DNA of 64,000 bases from a virus, in the IMG/VR virus record IMGVR_UViG_3300009177_000032, positions 1 through 64,000 of that record; one strand, given 5' to 3'. Made by a program: the position numbers and the translations under genes. Shown here one piece after another: positions 25,176-35,140 of this stretch (the stretch's first letter is position 1; every line of letters begins with the position of its first letter). The notes below the pieces were generated by a model. That model did not search any database. It was not told the origin of the DNA and saw only the letters and a list, made by a program, of their open reading frames with translations.

Positions 25176-25720
25176 ACCACCAGCATGCCGCTCTCGTTCA
25201 TGCGCGAAACATTGGCCGGCCCGAGCATCGTCTCGAGCGACTCCTGATTACTGTTGCTGATAAGGATCGTTTCCTTCATCAGCCCATAGCGCTTGTTAAT
25301 TAAATGGTCGAGCAGCCGGTCCTCCCACTGCGTCTCGGCGCGCTTCTCATACTCATCGATGATGAGCAGTATCGGCTTGGCGAAATTCGACAACACCATT
25401 TCCTCCGTGTCGGGGCTGTCCCTGTGGTAGCTCGCCTTGATCAGGAGAAAGAAGTCCATCGCTGTAACGTATCGGCACGGCCAACGGTGATTTTTGATAA
25501 CGCTGTAAATCAGGTTTGCCCCGATCTGAGTTTTACCCACCCCGCTCTTTCCGATCAGCGCAATCAGGCTCCCGCGCCCGAGCCGGTCGTAGATATCCTG
25601 CCCTGCCTGCAGCCAGGGTCCGTCACCCTGGGCCGTCTTGAACCGCTCGCGGTACCTGAGCGGCAGTCTCGATTCTATTAATAGTTCCGTTTGTTTGGTG
25701 TCCATTGTCGCTTGCTCCAT
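25133..25720 (-). CDS. DnaC/IstB-like helicase loader ATPase
   Basis: GKSGVGKT, LLIIDE, INKRY..TILISN, SRM. Confidence 0.88.
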   Translation of the reverse strand: MEQATMDTKQTELLIESRLPLRYRERFKTAQGDGPWLQAGQDIYDRLGRGSLIALIGKSGVGKTQIGANLIYSVIKNHRWPCRYVTAMDFFLLIKASYHRDSPDTEEMVLSNFAKPILLIIDEYEKRAETQWEDRLLDHLINKRYGLMKETILISNSNQESLETMLGPANVSRMNESGMLVVCDWKSFREGGQCG

Positions 25721-26399
25721 AGGTTGCTACTGCTCTGACTGTCAACGGCGATTGTGTGCTGCGGGTAAGCGCCTCCTGGCGCCTTGACTCCGCTGCGCCA
25801 TTCCCGGCGCCGTTTTGTCTCTGACTCGGGAAAAATTTACCCCTCTCCCACGCCCTCACTGTCGCCCGCCAATCGAGTATCGGTTGCCCTCCATTTTTCC
25901 AGCCGTTCCCCTCGCACTTCCAATAAAACCAATCCGCGTCGGACTGCGGCAGCTTCAGACTTATACACAGATCCCTTATTTGTGTGAGGTCCCCGCGGTC
26001 TTTGCGCGGCTTTGGTGGAGGCTCGGGCTTGGGAGGGTCAGGTATAAGCGTCCCTTGGGTTTCCCCCTTACCCCCTTCCTTTTCAGTCTTAACTACAGGA
26101 TCAGGTACTTCCTCACCCGTTTCCGGTGGAGGGGGGTCTGTGATTGGGAGCTGCCACACCCTGCATCCTCCGCCCACGGTCCCAACCTGCTTTATGAACT
26201 TCGAAGCCTCGAGCCGGCGCAACCCGATCCCCACCGTTTTTACATCTAGCTCAGCCGCTACTGCGATCGTGGTTTGAGACGGCCAGGCTTGGTGTTTAGC
26301 GTCCGTGTAGCTGGCCAGTATCGCCAGAATCAGCTTGTCGCTGCCTCTCCCAACTCTCTGGCTCAGCGCCCAAAGAGTCGCATCCGCCCGGTCGCTCAT
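25623..26399 (-). CDS. Replication initiator protein with N-terminal winged HTH
   Basis: KLILAILA..AWPSQTTIA..LRRLE; C-terminal NGWKNG..ILDWRATVRAWE; upstream of loader and helicase. Confidence 0.8.
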   Translation of the reverse strand: MSDRADATLWALSQRVGRGSDKLILAILASYTDAKHQAWPSQTTIAVAAELDVKTVGIGLRRLEASKFIKQVGTVGGGCRVWQLPITDPPPPETGEEVPDPVVKTEKEGGKGETQGTLIPDPPKPEPPPKPRKDRGDLTQIRDLCISLKLPQSDADWFYWKCEGNGWKNGGQPILDWRATVRAWERGKFFPSQRQNGAGNGAAESRRQEALTRSTQSPLTVRAVATYGASDNGHQTNGTINRIETAAQVPRAVQDGPG

Positions 26400-26597
26400 C
26401 GTTCAAAATCGGCTCGAGTGACCCGAAGGGAGAAAAAGGAAGGCGGGAGCCAACCAAACAACGGATCACCGAGCCTAAAATTCAAAGGTTCTTTTTACGG
26501 GCGCTCTCTCCAACGCCTGAAGTCCCGTAGACTGCTCTCTGGTTTGTATCCGCCGCACGGCCAAAGTGGAAGGAAAAGTTACCAAGAAAAAAATCGG

Positions 26598-26631
26598 GGT
26601 TATTGACAGGTTATTAACAAAGCAGTAGAAG
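26598..26631 (+). promoter_or_regulatory. Promoter with tandem 11-bp repeat over the -35
   Basis: GGTTATTGACA GGTTATTAACA; TTGACA-N17-TAGAAG-N7-ATG(26639). Confidence 0.55.
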
Positions 26632-26638
26632 CCCACCC

Positions 26639-26878
26639 ATGTCATCAGCACATCCAGGGTTCAAATCGGTCCAGGCGGGTATCGCCAGGAGACAAGGCAT
26701 CTCTCAAGCACGCGCTGGCGCAATACTGGCCTCGGCCACTCGTCGAGCCGGAGCTGCTGCGAGAAAAAGAAACCCCCGCCTGAACAGAGTCCGCGGGGGC
26801 AAACGTATGAGCGTCGGCGGGCTGGTTAGATACACGCCTCGCTCACTGCGCTACGCAAAGAGACGAGAGGTCACCTAA
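26639..26878 (+). CDS. Small Arg-rich protein
   Basis: HPGFKSVQ..IA..AGAILASATR..NPRL; own promoter; lone plus-strand gene in a minus operon. Confidence 0.7.
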   Translation: MSSAHPGFKSVQAGIARRQGISQARAGAILASATRRAGAAARKRNPRLNRVRGGKRMSVGGLVRYTPRSLRYAKRREVT

Positions 26879-27216
26879 GCCTTATCATCTTCACTCTCGG
26901 CGGTCGCCGGTTCCTGCTCATTCTTCTTTTCCTCCTTGTGGACGCGGCAGCGGGCGCGCTCCACGGTCGCTTTCTCAACAAAGCAATCAAGCTGGATCTC
27001 TTTGCCGGTATCATCGTCGATCGTCTCGAAAATGTATTTTTTGCGGCCGTACCCGTTGCCTTTGAGCACGGCATTGAGCTTCTCGATCGCTTTTTCTTCC
27101 GCCTCGCGGAGCTGCTTTATCTGCTTCTGGATGCGACGGAGCGACAGCCCCGCATTTTCGATCTCGGGGTTTTCTTCGCCGGTGATTTCGCCGCCTAATT
27201 TTCGCTGCTGAGCCAT
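26875..27216 (-). CDS. Hypothetical protein
   Basis: 113 aa, charged. Confidence 0.65.
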   Translation of the reverse strand: MAQQRKLGGEITGEENPEIENAGLSLRRIQKQIKQLREAEEKAIEKLNAVLKGNGYGRKKYIFETIDDDTGKEIQLDCFVEKATVERARCRVHKEEKKNEQEPATAESEDDKA

Positions 27217-27231
27217 TTGGATCCTTTCAGG

Positions 27232-28227
27232 TTATCGGATGAGCCCGTATTTGGTTAGTGTCCACTCCGTAGGAGAGGTTGTGCCAAAGCCGTTGACGAC
27301 CCCCGGGCCGGCATCGTCCCAACTTGGCCAAGCGTTTTCCTTTAGGCATTGGCAATAGCGCTTGAGCGCCATCACATACTTGATCCGACCGATCGCGACG
27401 AAGTTATCGCCTACGGTCCGGCGGGCCTGCTGGAAAGGAAACTCATTTTCCTGAATGACGTGATGAAAAACCCATCTCTCTTGCGGCCGGGATGCGGTGT
27501 AGATATCAATGCTCATTGCCGCCTGGGCGTCGTAGTTCTGCCGGTCGATCACCTTCTGCCACTCATCCGGGCTCGCGTTGCGGGCCGTCTTGAAGTCGGC
27601 CAGGCTGTTTGAAAACTGGCCTTTTATCGACGGGACAATGTCGATCAGGCACTTGAGCGGGACCGCTATCTTTGTCTCGCGGTCGACGTAGGTCGCAATG
27701 CACATGACCTGATATTGCGCATCGGCTGTGAGCGCGCCGATCCAGGCGTCCTCCTTGAGGATTTTAAGGGCCTGGCGCGCGTCCTCGTAATCCGCCCGCC
27801 TGACAATCTGTTTGCCGGCTTTCCTGGCCTCCTTCGTCCACTCCTTCGCCTCTTTGCACAGCGGTTGCCAGGGGACTAAGTCGCCGTCTCGGGCCTCGCC
27901 CTCTTTCACGATCGACATTGTCTTTGTCGCCGTGACCGTCTCAGGCTGAACCGCAAAGTTTCCGTCAAACCGGCCCGAGGGGCACGTAAAGAGAGCGTCC
28001 ATCAGCGTGCCCCATTCGGTCGCGTCGGTATCTTTGAACACGTAGCCGCGGTACCACCGTTGCGGATTTGAGTCGAACAGCATGAGCTCGCTCCGGCTCA
28101 TCACAAAGTTTGGGTCGCCCCGCTTTATGGCGGGGTCCTGGCGGAGGTAAATCTCGGTCGGGACGTCGGTCCCAATGATTTTACCGTCCTCGAGTTTTAC
28201 CGGATCAAAAAAGTCTGAGGCATTCAT
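27232..28227 (-). CDS. PD-(D/E)XK exonuclease, RecE/Exo VIII-like
   Basis: KCLIDIV...LADFKTA...YDAQAAM. Confidence 0.8.
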   Translation of the reverse strand: MNASDFFDPVKLEDGKIIGTDVPTEIYLRQDPAIKRGDPNFVMSRSELMLFDSNPQRWYRGYVFKDTDATEWGTLMDALFTCPSGRFDGNFAVQPETVTATKTMSIVKEGEARDGDLVPWQPLCKEAKEWTKEARKAGKQIVRRADYEDARQALKILKEDAWIGALTADAQYQVMCIATYVDRETKIAVPLKCLIDIVPSIKGQFSNSLADFKTARNASPDEWQKVIDRQNYDAQAAMSIDIYTASRPQERWVFHHVIQENEFPFQQARRTVGDNFVAIGRIKYVMALKRYCQCLKENAWPSWDDAGPGVVNGFGTTSPTEWTLTKYGLIR

Positions 28228-28460
28228 GGGATTTGTTTGAGTGCTTTGTATGCTCTGAGTGTTCCGGCGCAGAAACCAACAGCAAAGGCCGCTCTATGCG
28301 TGTCTTGGATCTCATCCCTTAAAGCAGCCACAATCTCAGGGCTGTCCCCAGGATGCGTTGTGAATTCTACCCATGCCGCCTCGATTTCCGCCGCGAGCTC
28401 CGGCGGGACCTTTTGGGGGCGGGCATTGGCCGAGAGGCTGCGAAAGTATGACTCCATCAT
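28224..28460 (-). CDS. Hypothetical protein
   Basis: MMESYF start in ATGA overlap. Confidence 0.5.
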   Translation of the reverse strand: MMESYFRSLSANARPQKVPPELAAEIEAAWVEFTTHPGDSPEIVAALRDEIQDTHRAAFAVGFCAGTLRAYKALKQIP

Positions 28461-28672
28461 GAGGCTCCTTGCAGGTCGGCAATCCCAATGGTTTTTGCGG
28501 TTTCGAAAGTTCCACCATCGCAAAAGTGAGTCGTAAATAGCGAGTCATCAGCCCTCGGTGAGTTTTCGAATACCGTGAGCTTTATCAGCGCTTTTACCAT
28601 TGCACCCCGATCAATGTCCTCGCCCTCGTAAAAGATCTTCTCACACCGCCGGCACTTGTATCGCAGTCTCAT
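28457..28672 (-). CDS. Small Zn-binding protein
   Basis: YKCRRC...HFC..GIADLQG. Confidence 0.6.
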   Translation of the reverse strand: MRLRYKCRRCEKIFYEGEDIDRGAMVKALIKLTVFENSPRADDSLFTTHFCDGGTFETAKTIGIADLQGAS

Positions 28673-30066
28673 ATCAGCTCGGTTTGTTTGGCGCTCACCT
28701 TCCCTTGCTCCACGACAAACACCCCGACCTCAGCCGGCGCTTTTGCCGGCGCCTCCCCTACAATGGTCGCCAGGATCGTCTTGTGCTCCTCCTTGGCCCG
28801 ATCGACAAACTCGAAAATCGATTTACCCATACTCTCCGCCCGGTCGATCAGTGATATCCCGAAGCCCTCGGGATACATCGCGCTCAGCCGCTCGCTCAAC
28901 CGCATGATCTGGCTCGTGCTCAGCATGCCGGCGCTCGTCCCTTCAAAGGTGAATTCTCCCTCCTCGTTGAACGAGAGCCCGTCGATCGTGCTCGCGCACT
29001 TTGCCAGTCTGGTAACCCGCTCCTTTTTGATATCGCGCTGGCGGGCCTCGAGCATCCGGACTTTCATGTCCTTCTTCTCTTTGTCCGCGGCCTTGACCTT
29101 ATTCTCCTCGTAACGCTGCCGGCGCACCTCGTTCCCTGACGCCTCCATGAGCTGTTTTTCCAAAGCCTGGATCTCCGGAGTCGTACCGACCCACGACATA
29201 ACAGCCTCGCGCGTCTTTACCAAACCCTCGGGTATCGGGGGCTTGGGTTTGAATGTGATCATCGGGTTTGCGCGCAGGACCCCCTCCTCCTCATCCAGCT
29301 TGCGCGAGAGCTCCGCTATCTGCGCCTTTATCCGCGCAACCTCAGCCTTTGCCGAGTTGTGACGGGTGTTCTGCTCACGCGACTGCTCATTTACCAGATC
29401 CACCTCTTTGCATTCGTCGTTGTAGATCGACTCATACTCTTTGAGTGACGCCTGCAGCTTGCGCAGCCCGTCGGCATGCGCTTCCTGAGCCTCGGTCAAC
29501 TTCGCCCGGAGCTCGAGCGCGTTGCTCTCAGGGACAGGTGTCAAATCAATCACCCCATACGCTTTAACCTCCGCCCGGAGCTGCTCGGCTTCGCGCTGCG
29601 CATTGAATGCCTCAGTGTCGAGGTCCTTGGTGTCCACGGGGAACGTGTCCACAAAATACTGTTTGCGCTGAGCCTCCGTCATCTTTTTCAGATACTCGTG
29701 GTCCACCACAAACGGATTAACCAGGCGCGCGAGCTCCGATGCCGGCCGATCTACCGGCCTGCCGTCCCGGATAAACGTCGTTTCCCGGGCCTGAGTCTTG
29801 CCCTTGTTTTTGCCGGACGTGCTCCGGTACCACGAGCGCGACACCACGCCCGTATCGAATTCAAAGTCTATCGACGCCTCATCCGCCCCGTGCCGGATAA
29901 TGTCCTCGGGCCAGGAGCTCGCCCCCAGGACCCAACGCACACAGTTGAGGATCGTCGTTTTACCCTGCCGGATATCCCCGAAGAACAGGAGCAGCGACTT
30001 GTTGATCTCGATCTCCGTATCTTCGATCAGGCCGATGTTTTTAATTTTGAGTCGGATTGGTTTCAT
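28669..30066 (-). CDS. SMC/RecN-like coiled-coil ATPase
   Basis: IKNIG, GDIRQGKTT, long coiled coil, LSTSQ signature, SLIDRAE. Confidence 0.82.
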   Translation of the reverse strand: MKPIRLKIKNIGLIEDTEIEINKSLLLFFGDIRQGKTTILNCVRWVLGASSWPEDIIRHGADEASIDFEFDTGVVSRSWYRSTSGKNKGKTQARETTFIRDGRPVDRPASELARLVNPFVVDHEYLKKMTEAQRKQYFVDTFPVDTKDLDTEAFNAQREAEQLRAEVKAYGVIDLTPVPESNALELRAKLTEAQEAHADGLRKLQASLKEYESIYNDECKEVDLVNEQSREQNTRHNSAKAEVARIKAQIAELSRKLDEEEGVLRANPMITFKPKPPIPEGLVKTREAVMSWVGTTPEIQALEKQLMEASGNEVRRQRYEENKVKAADKEKKDMKVRMLEARQRDIKKERVTRLAKCASTIDGLSFNEEGEFTFEGTSAGMLSTSQIMRLSERLSAMYPEGFGISLIDRAESMGKSIFEFVDRAKEEHKTILATIVGEAPAKAPAEVGVFVVEQGKVSAKQTELI

Positions 30067-31142
30067 GGATTGGTTTGTTGTCTGGCTTTGATTTTGTTGA
30101 CGACCGCCTCGAGCTCACCGTCGGTCAAAGTGTCGATCGCCTGCGTGTCTGAAATTATCGCCTCATCGATTAACCACTGTTGAAGCCTCTGCTTTGCCAG
30201 CGCCCAGGTGCCCGCCTTCCCGTCCCAACCGCTTTGCGTCCGCGTCGAATTCCGCAGCACAAGCAACAGGTTCCCCCTCACGTCCCCCGCCGATTGCGTC
30301 ACCGGTCCGCTTGCCGGCACTAAAGCGGCCGGGGTTTTCCTGCTCGCCCGCCGGCACCACGCCGCTAATGCCTCACCGTGTTTGATCCCGATCTGCTCCT
30401 CCGGCCGGGGCAACAACCCCCGCACGTCTGGATGCGTCCACTTCCTGGCAATGCTAAATCCCCCCTCGTTCCGCCCGTCTACTTCCCGTTGCACCATTTC
30501 ATACGTCACCAAACACTCCCAAACAAAATTCTTGGCCCCTATCGGCGTAGTAAACTGATCGGTTATAACACTCGCCTTCTTCCTCTGCTGCCCCTGCTGC
30601 TGCTCCTCCTCAGTCGCGAAATGCGTTTTCTTTTCCGCCCGGAAACACAGAATCACCGGTTTGGTGGACCGCAGCATCCACTGCAAAAGCGCCTTGTGCG
30701 CCCGCTTCGGTTTTTGCCACGAAAGCAGCTTCATCTTTTCTGCCTTCGCGTAATCACCCCCGCTCAGCTTGTGCAGCTCCTCCTCCTGCCACTCGAGTAT
30801 CCCCCCGGGCCCTTCCCACTCGTGCGACATTGAATCTACCACGATGATATCCACCACCTCCTCGAGCTGACCGATCGCCGCCTGATAACGCATCGGGCTG
30901 AACGGCTCAGGCAAATCGATCACCACAAAACCGCCAGGCACCCGATCTGCAAAGATCGACATGCGCTTGTTCTCGGTGTCTACCCCCCCGATCTTACCCT
31001 TTGGCCCGACTATCCCCCGCGCGTACAACAGCGCGCTTAACGTCTTTCCGGTCGCGCTTTCCCCGAAGAAGCTGACTAGCGGCACCAGGTCCGTTGCGGT
31101 CGCTTCCCTGATCTCGAATTTTGGTTCCTCGTTTGTGCTCAT
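30063..31142 (-). CDS. AAA ATPase (Sak4/AAA_24-like recombination protein)
   Basis: GESATGKT, VDTEN, IVVDSMSHEW. Confidence 0.82.
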   Translation of the reverse strand: MSTNEEPKFEIREATATDLVPLVSFFGESATGKTLSALLYARGIVGPKGKIGGVDTENKRMSIFADRVPGGFVVIDLPEPFSPMRYQAAIGQLEEVVDIIVVDSMSHEWEGPGGILEWQEEELHKLSGGDYAKAEKMKLLSWQKPKRAHKALLQWMLRSTKPVILCFRAEKKTHFATEEEQQQGQQRKKASVITDQFTTPIGAKNFVWECLVTYEMVQREVDGRNEGGFSIARKWTHPDVRGLLPRPEEQIGIKHGEALAAWCRRASRKTPAALVPASGPVTQSAGDVRGNLLLVLRNSTRTQSGWDGKAGTWALAKQRLQQWLIDEAIISDTQAIDTLTDGELEAVVNKIKARQQTNP

Positions 31143-31371
31143 TGAATGGTTGGTTGATTTTTAACTCGAAGAAATCGATAAGCTCCCTCGTCCACCGCCT
31201 GCGCCCAAGCTCAAGGTCGCTCACATACGACACCGACAGATTCATCCTCCTGGCCATCTCCCTCACTGAAATGCCCGCAAGCAACCTCCGTTTCCTCAGG
31301 GATTCCCCCATCGCCACCGGATCCATCACCTGGCCCGTCCCGCCGCAGCGGGGGCATTTCATCGTCGTCAT
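30994..31371 (-). CDS. XRE/Cro-like HTH regulator with N-terminal CPRCGGTG
   Basis: LRKRRLLAGISVREMARRMNLSVSYVSDLELGRR; first gene of leftward operon. Confidence 0.8.
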   Translation of the reverse strand: MTTMKCPRCGGTGQVMDPVAMGESLRKRRLLAGISVREMARRMNLSVSYVSDLELGRRRWTRELIDFFELKINQPFNEHKRGTKIRDQGSDRNGPGAASQLLRGKRDRKDVKRAVVRAGDSRAKG

Positions 31372-31379
31372 GCTCTCCG

Positions 31380-31409
31380 ACTGTAGGCAAATCTTGTGGA
31401 CACAGTCAA
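31380..31409 (-). promoter_or_regulatory. Sigma70-type promoter of leftward replication operon
   Basis: TTGACT-N18-TACAGT-N8-ATG(31371). Confidence 0.6.
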
Positions 31410-31437
31410 AAAGAAAAGTTACAGAACTATCCGTAGT

Positions 31438-32556
31438 ATGTCCGAGCTCTGGAAATTGAAAGGTCGACACCCCGTCCTGTGGACGATCCCAATCTTCGTC
31501 GATTGGATCGAAGCCCACCCCATCCGGGGCCGCTTCTTTCACGCTGTCCCTCTCTCCTCCTTCCAGGAACGCGCCTATCGCGATACCTGCCGGCAGTTCG
31601 CCGATCTCCTCCCTGACCTCCAATGGTCCGTCAAATTAATCGACCTCGAGCGCTACGCCGAAAAATGCGATCCTCAGGACCCCGCCATCCTCTTTTCCTG
31701 GGAACGCCCCCAGCTCGCTCAACAACCGCAATATGCCGACCCCGCCAGGGAGGACCGCGACGAGTTCATCGATGCCCTTTGGCAAACCCCGGGCCACGGC
31801 TGTGTTTCACGCTTCGAGCTCGAGCGCACCTGGCGCCTGTTCTGCGAGCACATGGCCAACTGGCTCATCAACCAAGAGAAGCCCGTCGATTGCTACTTCT
31901 TCAAGCTGCACCTCTCCCCTTACCGCGCCGGCTGGCAAGACCTCCTCCATCACAAGTTTCCGCATCTCGCCGTCAAACTACGCGAGGCTGATTACACCGA
32001 GTTCCGCCGCATCCTCCTGTCTGGCGCCTGGGAAGATCTCGCCTCCCTGGACCTCATCGCCCTGGCCGATGGCACCCTTGTCCGCCGCGTCGAGGTCGAG
32101 CTCAAGGATTCTTGGTACAAACAAGTCAAAAAAGTAGAATACCGCCGCCGCATGATCGACGGCGCCCCCAAATATGCGCAATCCGTCGTGGGCTCAATTC
32201 AACGCTTCATCCTCACTGCCGGCCGTCTCTTGGTTCAATGGTACAAGGACTCTCATCGCCCATCTGGCGCCGATGTTTCGGGCGGGCTACATGGCACTTA
32301 CCGGATGTTGGGCAACCTACCGCGCTATCAACTGCGCCCTAAGCGACGGCTTAAAACCCCTGCTGAAATTGATATCCCTGCCGATATCGCGCCTCCCGCG
32401 CCGGATTTTCTTGGAACGGATGAGCCATTGCCGCCGTTGCCCCTTCTTCAATCCCCACCTCAAGACCTGCGGGACACCGGGCCAACTCCTCCCGACAACC
32501 ACACACCGGGCGGGTTGCTGGTGTTATCTCCCCCTCAAGAACAGAATCCCCTGTAA
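31438..32556 (+). CDS. Hypothetical protein
   Basis: Long ORF with consistent C-ending codons; start MSELWK. Confidence 0.7.
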   Translation: MSELWKLKGRHPVLWTIPIFVDWIEAHPIRGRFFHAVPLSSFQERAYRDTCRQFADLLPDLQWSVKLIDLERYAEKCDPQDPAILFSWERPQLAQQPQYADPAREDRDEFIDALWQTPGHGCVSRFELERTWRLFCEHMANWLINQEKPVDCYFFKLHLSPYRAGWQDLLHHKFPHLAVKLREADYTEFRRILLSGAWEDLASLDLIALADGTLVRRVEVELKDSWYKQVKKVEYRRRMIDGAPKYAQSVVGSIQRFILTAGRLLVQWYKDSHRPSGADVSGGLHGTYRMLGNLPRYQLRPKRRLKTPAEIDIPADIAPPAPDFLGTDEPLPPLPLLQSPPQDLRDTGPTPPDNHTPGGLLVLSPPQEQNPL

Positions 32557-32653
32557 CTGCTGGCTCTACAATTTCACCGATGGAGCCCAAGGCTGGCCCG
32601 ATCATCTCAACTCGACTCCCGTAATCCTCCGCCCTATCAGTATTCTTTTATGA
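32174..32653 (+). CDS. Cys-rich Zn-binding protein overlapping upstream gene (start uncertain)
   Basis: RMSHCRRCP..KTCG..GCWCYLPLK..CNCW; stop overlaps next ATG. Confidence 0.55.
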   Translation: MRNPSWAQFNASSSLPAVSWFNGTRTLIAHLAPMFRAGYMALTGCWATYRAINCALSDGLKPLLKLISLPISRLPRRIFLERMSHCRRCPFFNPHLKTCGTPGQLLPTTTHRAGCWCYLPLKNRIPCNCWLYNFTDGAQGWPDHLNSTPVILRPISILL

Positions 32654-33162
32654 GTGAAATGCCCGTTATCGCCAAACCGCCCACGGTCCCCGTAGCGATC
32701 GAGGAGCCCACTATCACCGATGACGAAGCCTTGGCCGCGATGAAACGCCAGGGATTCGTCGAAATCTCCAATACCGCCCTCCGTGACCTGGCAAACCTCG
32801 GCGCCCACATGCATCAGCTCGGCACTATCCGCATCCAACGCGGTCGCGCGTTAGTCGCCCAAAAGCGGGTCGAGGATGGCATGCGCATTCTCCACGAGGA
32901 ACTCGAGGCCATCTCCAAAGAGGACCGCAAAACCCGGTCCCGCCTGAAAAACATGCTCGCCGTCTCCGAAAAACTCGGCTTTCTTGCCGGCAAACTCACC
33001 GCCGCTCAGGAGCTCATGGTCGTCATGGAGGGAGGCGCCCAACAAATCACAGCCGACGGCATCGCCGATAACGTCGTCCAATCCTTTCGCCCTGGCCAAC
33101 AAGTCAAACCCGCAAACCAGATCGTCGCTCAGGAAGTCCATATCCACCCTAACCCCCGATGA
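32650..33162 (+). CDS. Hypothetical helical protein
   Basis: 170-aa ORF coupled on both sides. Confidence 0.7.
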   Translation: MSEMPVIAKPPTVPVAIEEPTITDDEALAAMKRQGFVEISNTALRDLANLGAHMHQLGTIRIQRGRALVAQKRVEDGMRILHEELEAISKEDRKTRSRLKNMLAVSEKLGFLAGKLTAAQELMVVMEGGAQQITADGIADNVVQSFRPGQQVKPANQIVAQEVHIHPNPR

Positions 33163-33425
33163 CGACCTGCGAACATCCCGACTTCTCCGTCGAGGCCCGC
33201 GTTGCACGCATCGTCGAAACCGAGGACGGCCCCGTCATTGCCTTCCGCCTCGAGCTCTCCGTCCGCTGCCTCCATTGCCAACAACTCTTTGCCTTCCCTG
33301 GTCTGCCTGGCGGACTCACCCCCGATTGCCCTACCGTCTCCGCCGATTGCTGCGAGCTCCGCGCCCCACTCGTCCCCTTCACACCCTTCCTCGAATTCCC
33401 ACGCCCTGCCACAACCCCCCACTAA
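33159..33425 (+). CDS. Hypothetical protein
   Basis: CEHPDF..VRCLHC..FPGLPGG. Confidence 0.65.
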   Translation: MTTCEHPDFSVEARVARIVETEDGPVIAFRLELSVRCLHCQQLFAFPGLPGGLTPDCPTVSADCCELRAPLVPFTPFLEFPRPATTPH

Positions 33426-33428
33426 CCC

Positions 33429-33680
33429 ATGCCCATCACCAAATCCCAATCTCTCCGCGCCCTCAACGAAGTCGTCGCCGAATGCAGAGCCCGCGACGTC
33501 AAAGAAAGCATGGTCCTTAACCGCGGCTGGTTCAGTTTCCTCGACAACAACCCCCATCTCCTCCGCCAGCCCAAACACCGCCACTCCTGCCTCACCGCCT
33601 TCGTCCAAGGCTGGATCAACGGCTCCCTCTCAACACTCATCGACCAAGAACTCACCCGCCAGGAAACCGCCCGCAACTAA
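33429..33680 (+). CDS. Hypothetical protein
   Basis: 83-aa ORF. Confidence 0.55.
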   Translation: MPITKSQSLRALNEVVAECRARDVKESMVLNRGWFSFLDNNPHLLRQPKHRHSCLTAFVQGWINGSLSTLIDQELTRQETARN

Positions 33681-34560
33681 AACTTCTCCCCTCCCCCACC
33701 TTTCTTCGCCTCCTTCAGCGCCACGCCCACCACCACAAAACAAATCCCAACTATCGCTATCGCAAGTGTCATCATAATCCCCGACCCTAGCCATTCCCTC
33801 CCCACCCCCAAATAAGGGATTCACCCCATCAACTTGCGAAATTTCGCATTTTCGAAATCACCCCCTTCAGACTCCAATCAGATTCCAATCAGATTCCACG
33901 TGGAACATCCCCGCTCCCTTCCTGACCCCTCAGGAAACCAACCCAGGAAACCAACACCCCACAACCCCCCCCCGAAAACGGGTTACCCCAAAAACGGGGG
34001 AGGTCACCCTCACCTCACCCAAAAACGGGGGAGGTCTATTTCACCCCCAAAATCACCCCCAAAAATGCTTGCTCCAACTCCCCCAAAAATCATCCATTTT
34101 CCCCAGTAAATCGCGGCTCCCAACACCAGCCCGGCTCCTGCAGATCCCGCCCCAAATTTCACCCCCAAAAATGCTCCCACCTCACCCGTTTTGGGGTGAG
34201 GTCAAAACCCACTTTTTACCCCTTCCCCCCGTACCCCCCTAACCCCCGATACCGTTATTTTGAGTCCCTTCGCACCAAATTTGGGTCCTCCAACCTCCCA
34301 AAAAAACCCTCCAAAAAATACTCAGAGTCCTGCAGAAGGGTATCCCCGGTTTTGGGTCGCGACGGGGGGCCGCCCCGCTCTCCACCCGAGGGGGCTTCGC
34401 CGGCTGGCCAGGTTTCGGCCGGCAAAGTCGCCAGGTTTCGGTCCAGGCTCAACCTCTGGTTGCGACTCAGATCCGGTTTCAGGGTCGAAAATCGATCCGA
34501 GGACAATCGGACGAAGTATCAAACTTGAGCAAATGTGTCCCGTTTCAGGACGGAAACACC
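33681..34560. repeat. C/A-rich non-coding repeat region (candidate origin or genome-end region)
   Basis: cccaaaaacgggggaggtc at 33987 and 34018; several cacccccaaaa; tandem ccaatcagatt and caggaaaccaac; 9-bp inverted repeat 34179..34202; GC skew flips here. Confidence 0.7.
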
Positions 34561-34859
34561 CAAAATGCGCGATCTTGCCTCAGCGCGCGAACCGCATTGA
34601 CGGCTCTTGCGTGAAAGTTTGTTTGGTCGGGACGTGGAGAGATTTGGGCGAACGAGCAAGGGAAGTGGACAGGGAAATACCACCAATAATTTGGGCATCG
34701 GGCGCGCTTTTCGCCTTGGTGGGCGTTGCCAATCGGTCAGCGGTTTGGACTGGCGCGCCTGACGGGCTGTGCTTGCGCTGGTGGCAAAGCGGAGTGCCCT
34801 GACAGGTCAAGGCCGGTGAGCCTTGTAATCGAGCGGTTCAATATTTAACGACCCGTTGC

Positions 34860-35140
34860 AGCCCGTGTGAGAATCTCCGACACGCTGTCAACCCATGGTC
34901 GCGGCTTGTGCCTCGGGAACACGAGCCGGTTTATGTAATCCGAGAGCCAAGCAGTTTCCAGGCTGTTGGCCTATGGGACGGACGGGAAAGGAAATGCCCC
35001 TGGTGTTGCTGCACGAGGGGCGGTGATGAATTGGATGGAACCAACTTCCGGCTTTACGCCAGATTCTGAAGCTCAGTTCCACCCGCGACAGCAATCGCAT
35101 ATATGAGAAAGGCATTACCGCATAACTACGGAGAGGTCAA
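34860..35140 (+). ncRNA. Candidate structured non-coding RNA (unclassified)
   Basis: Hairpins at 34864-34884, 34903-34927, 34946-34970, 34996-35021; G-U pairs favour the plus strand. Confidence 0.4.

Noticed and set aside
33681-34810. Pro/Lys-rich ORFs in the repeat region, or a mini-CRISPR
   Set aside because: Products of low-complexity C/A runs; repeats are irregular with no constant spacer length
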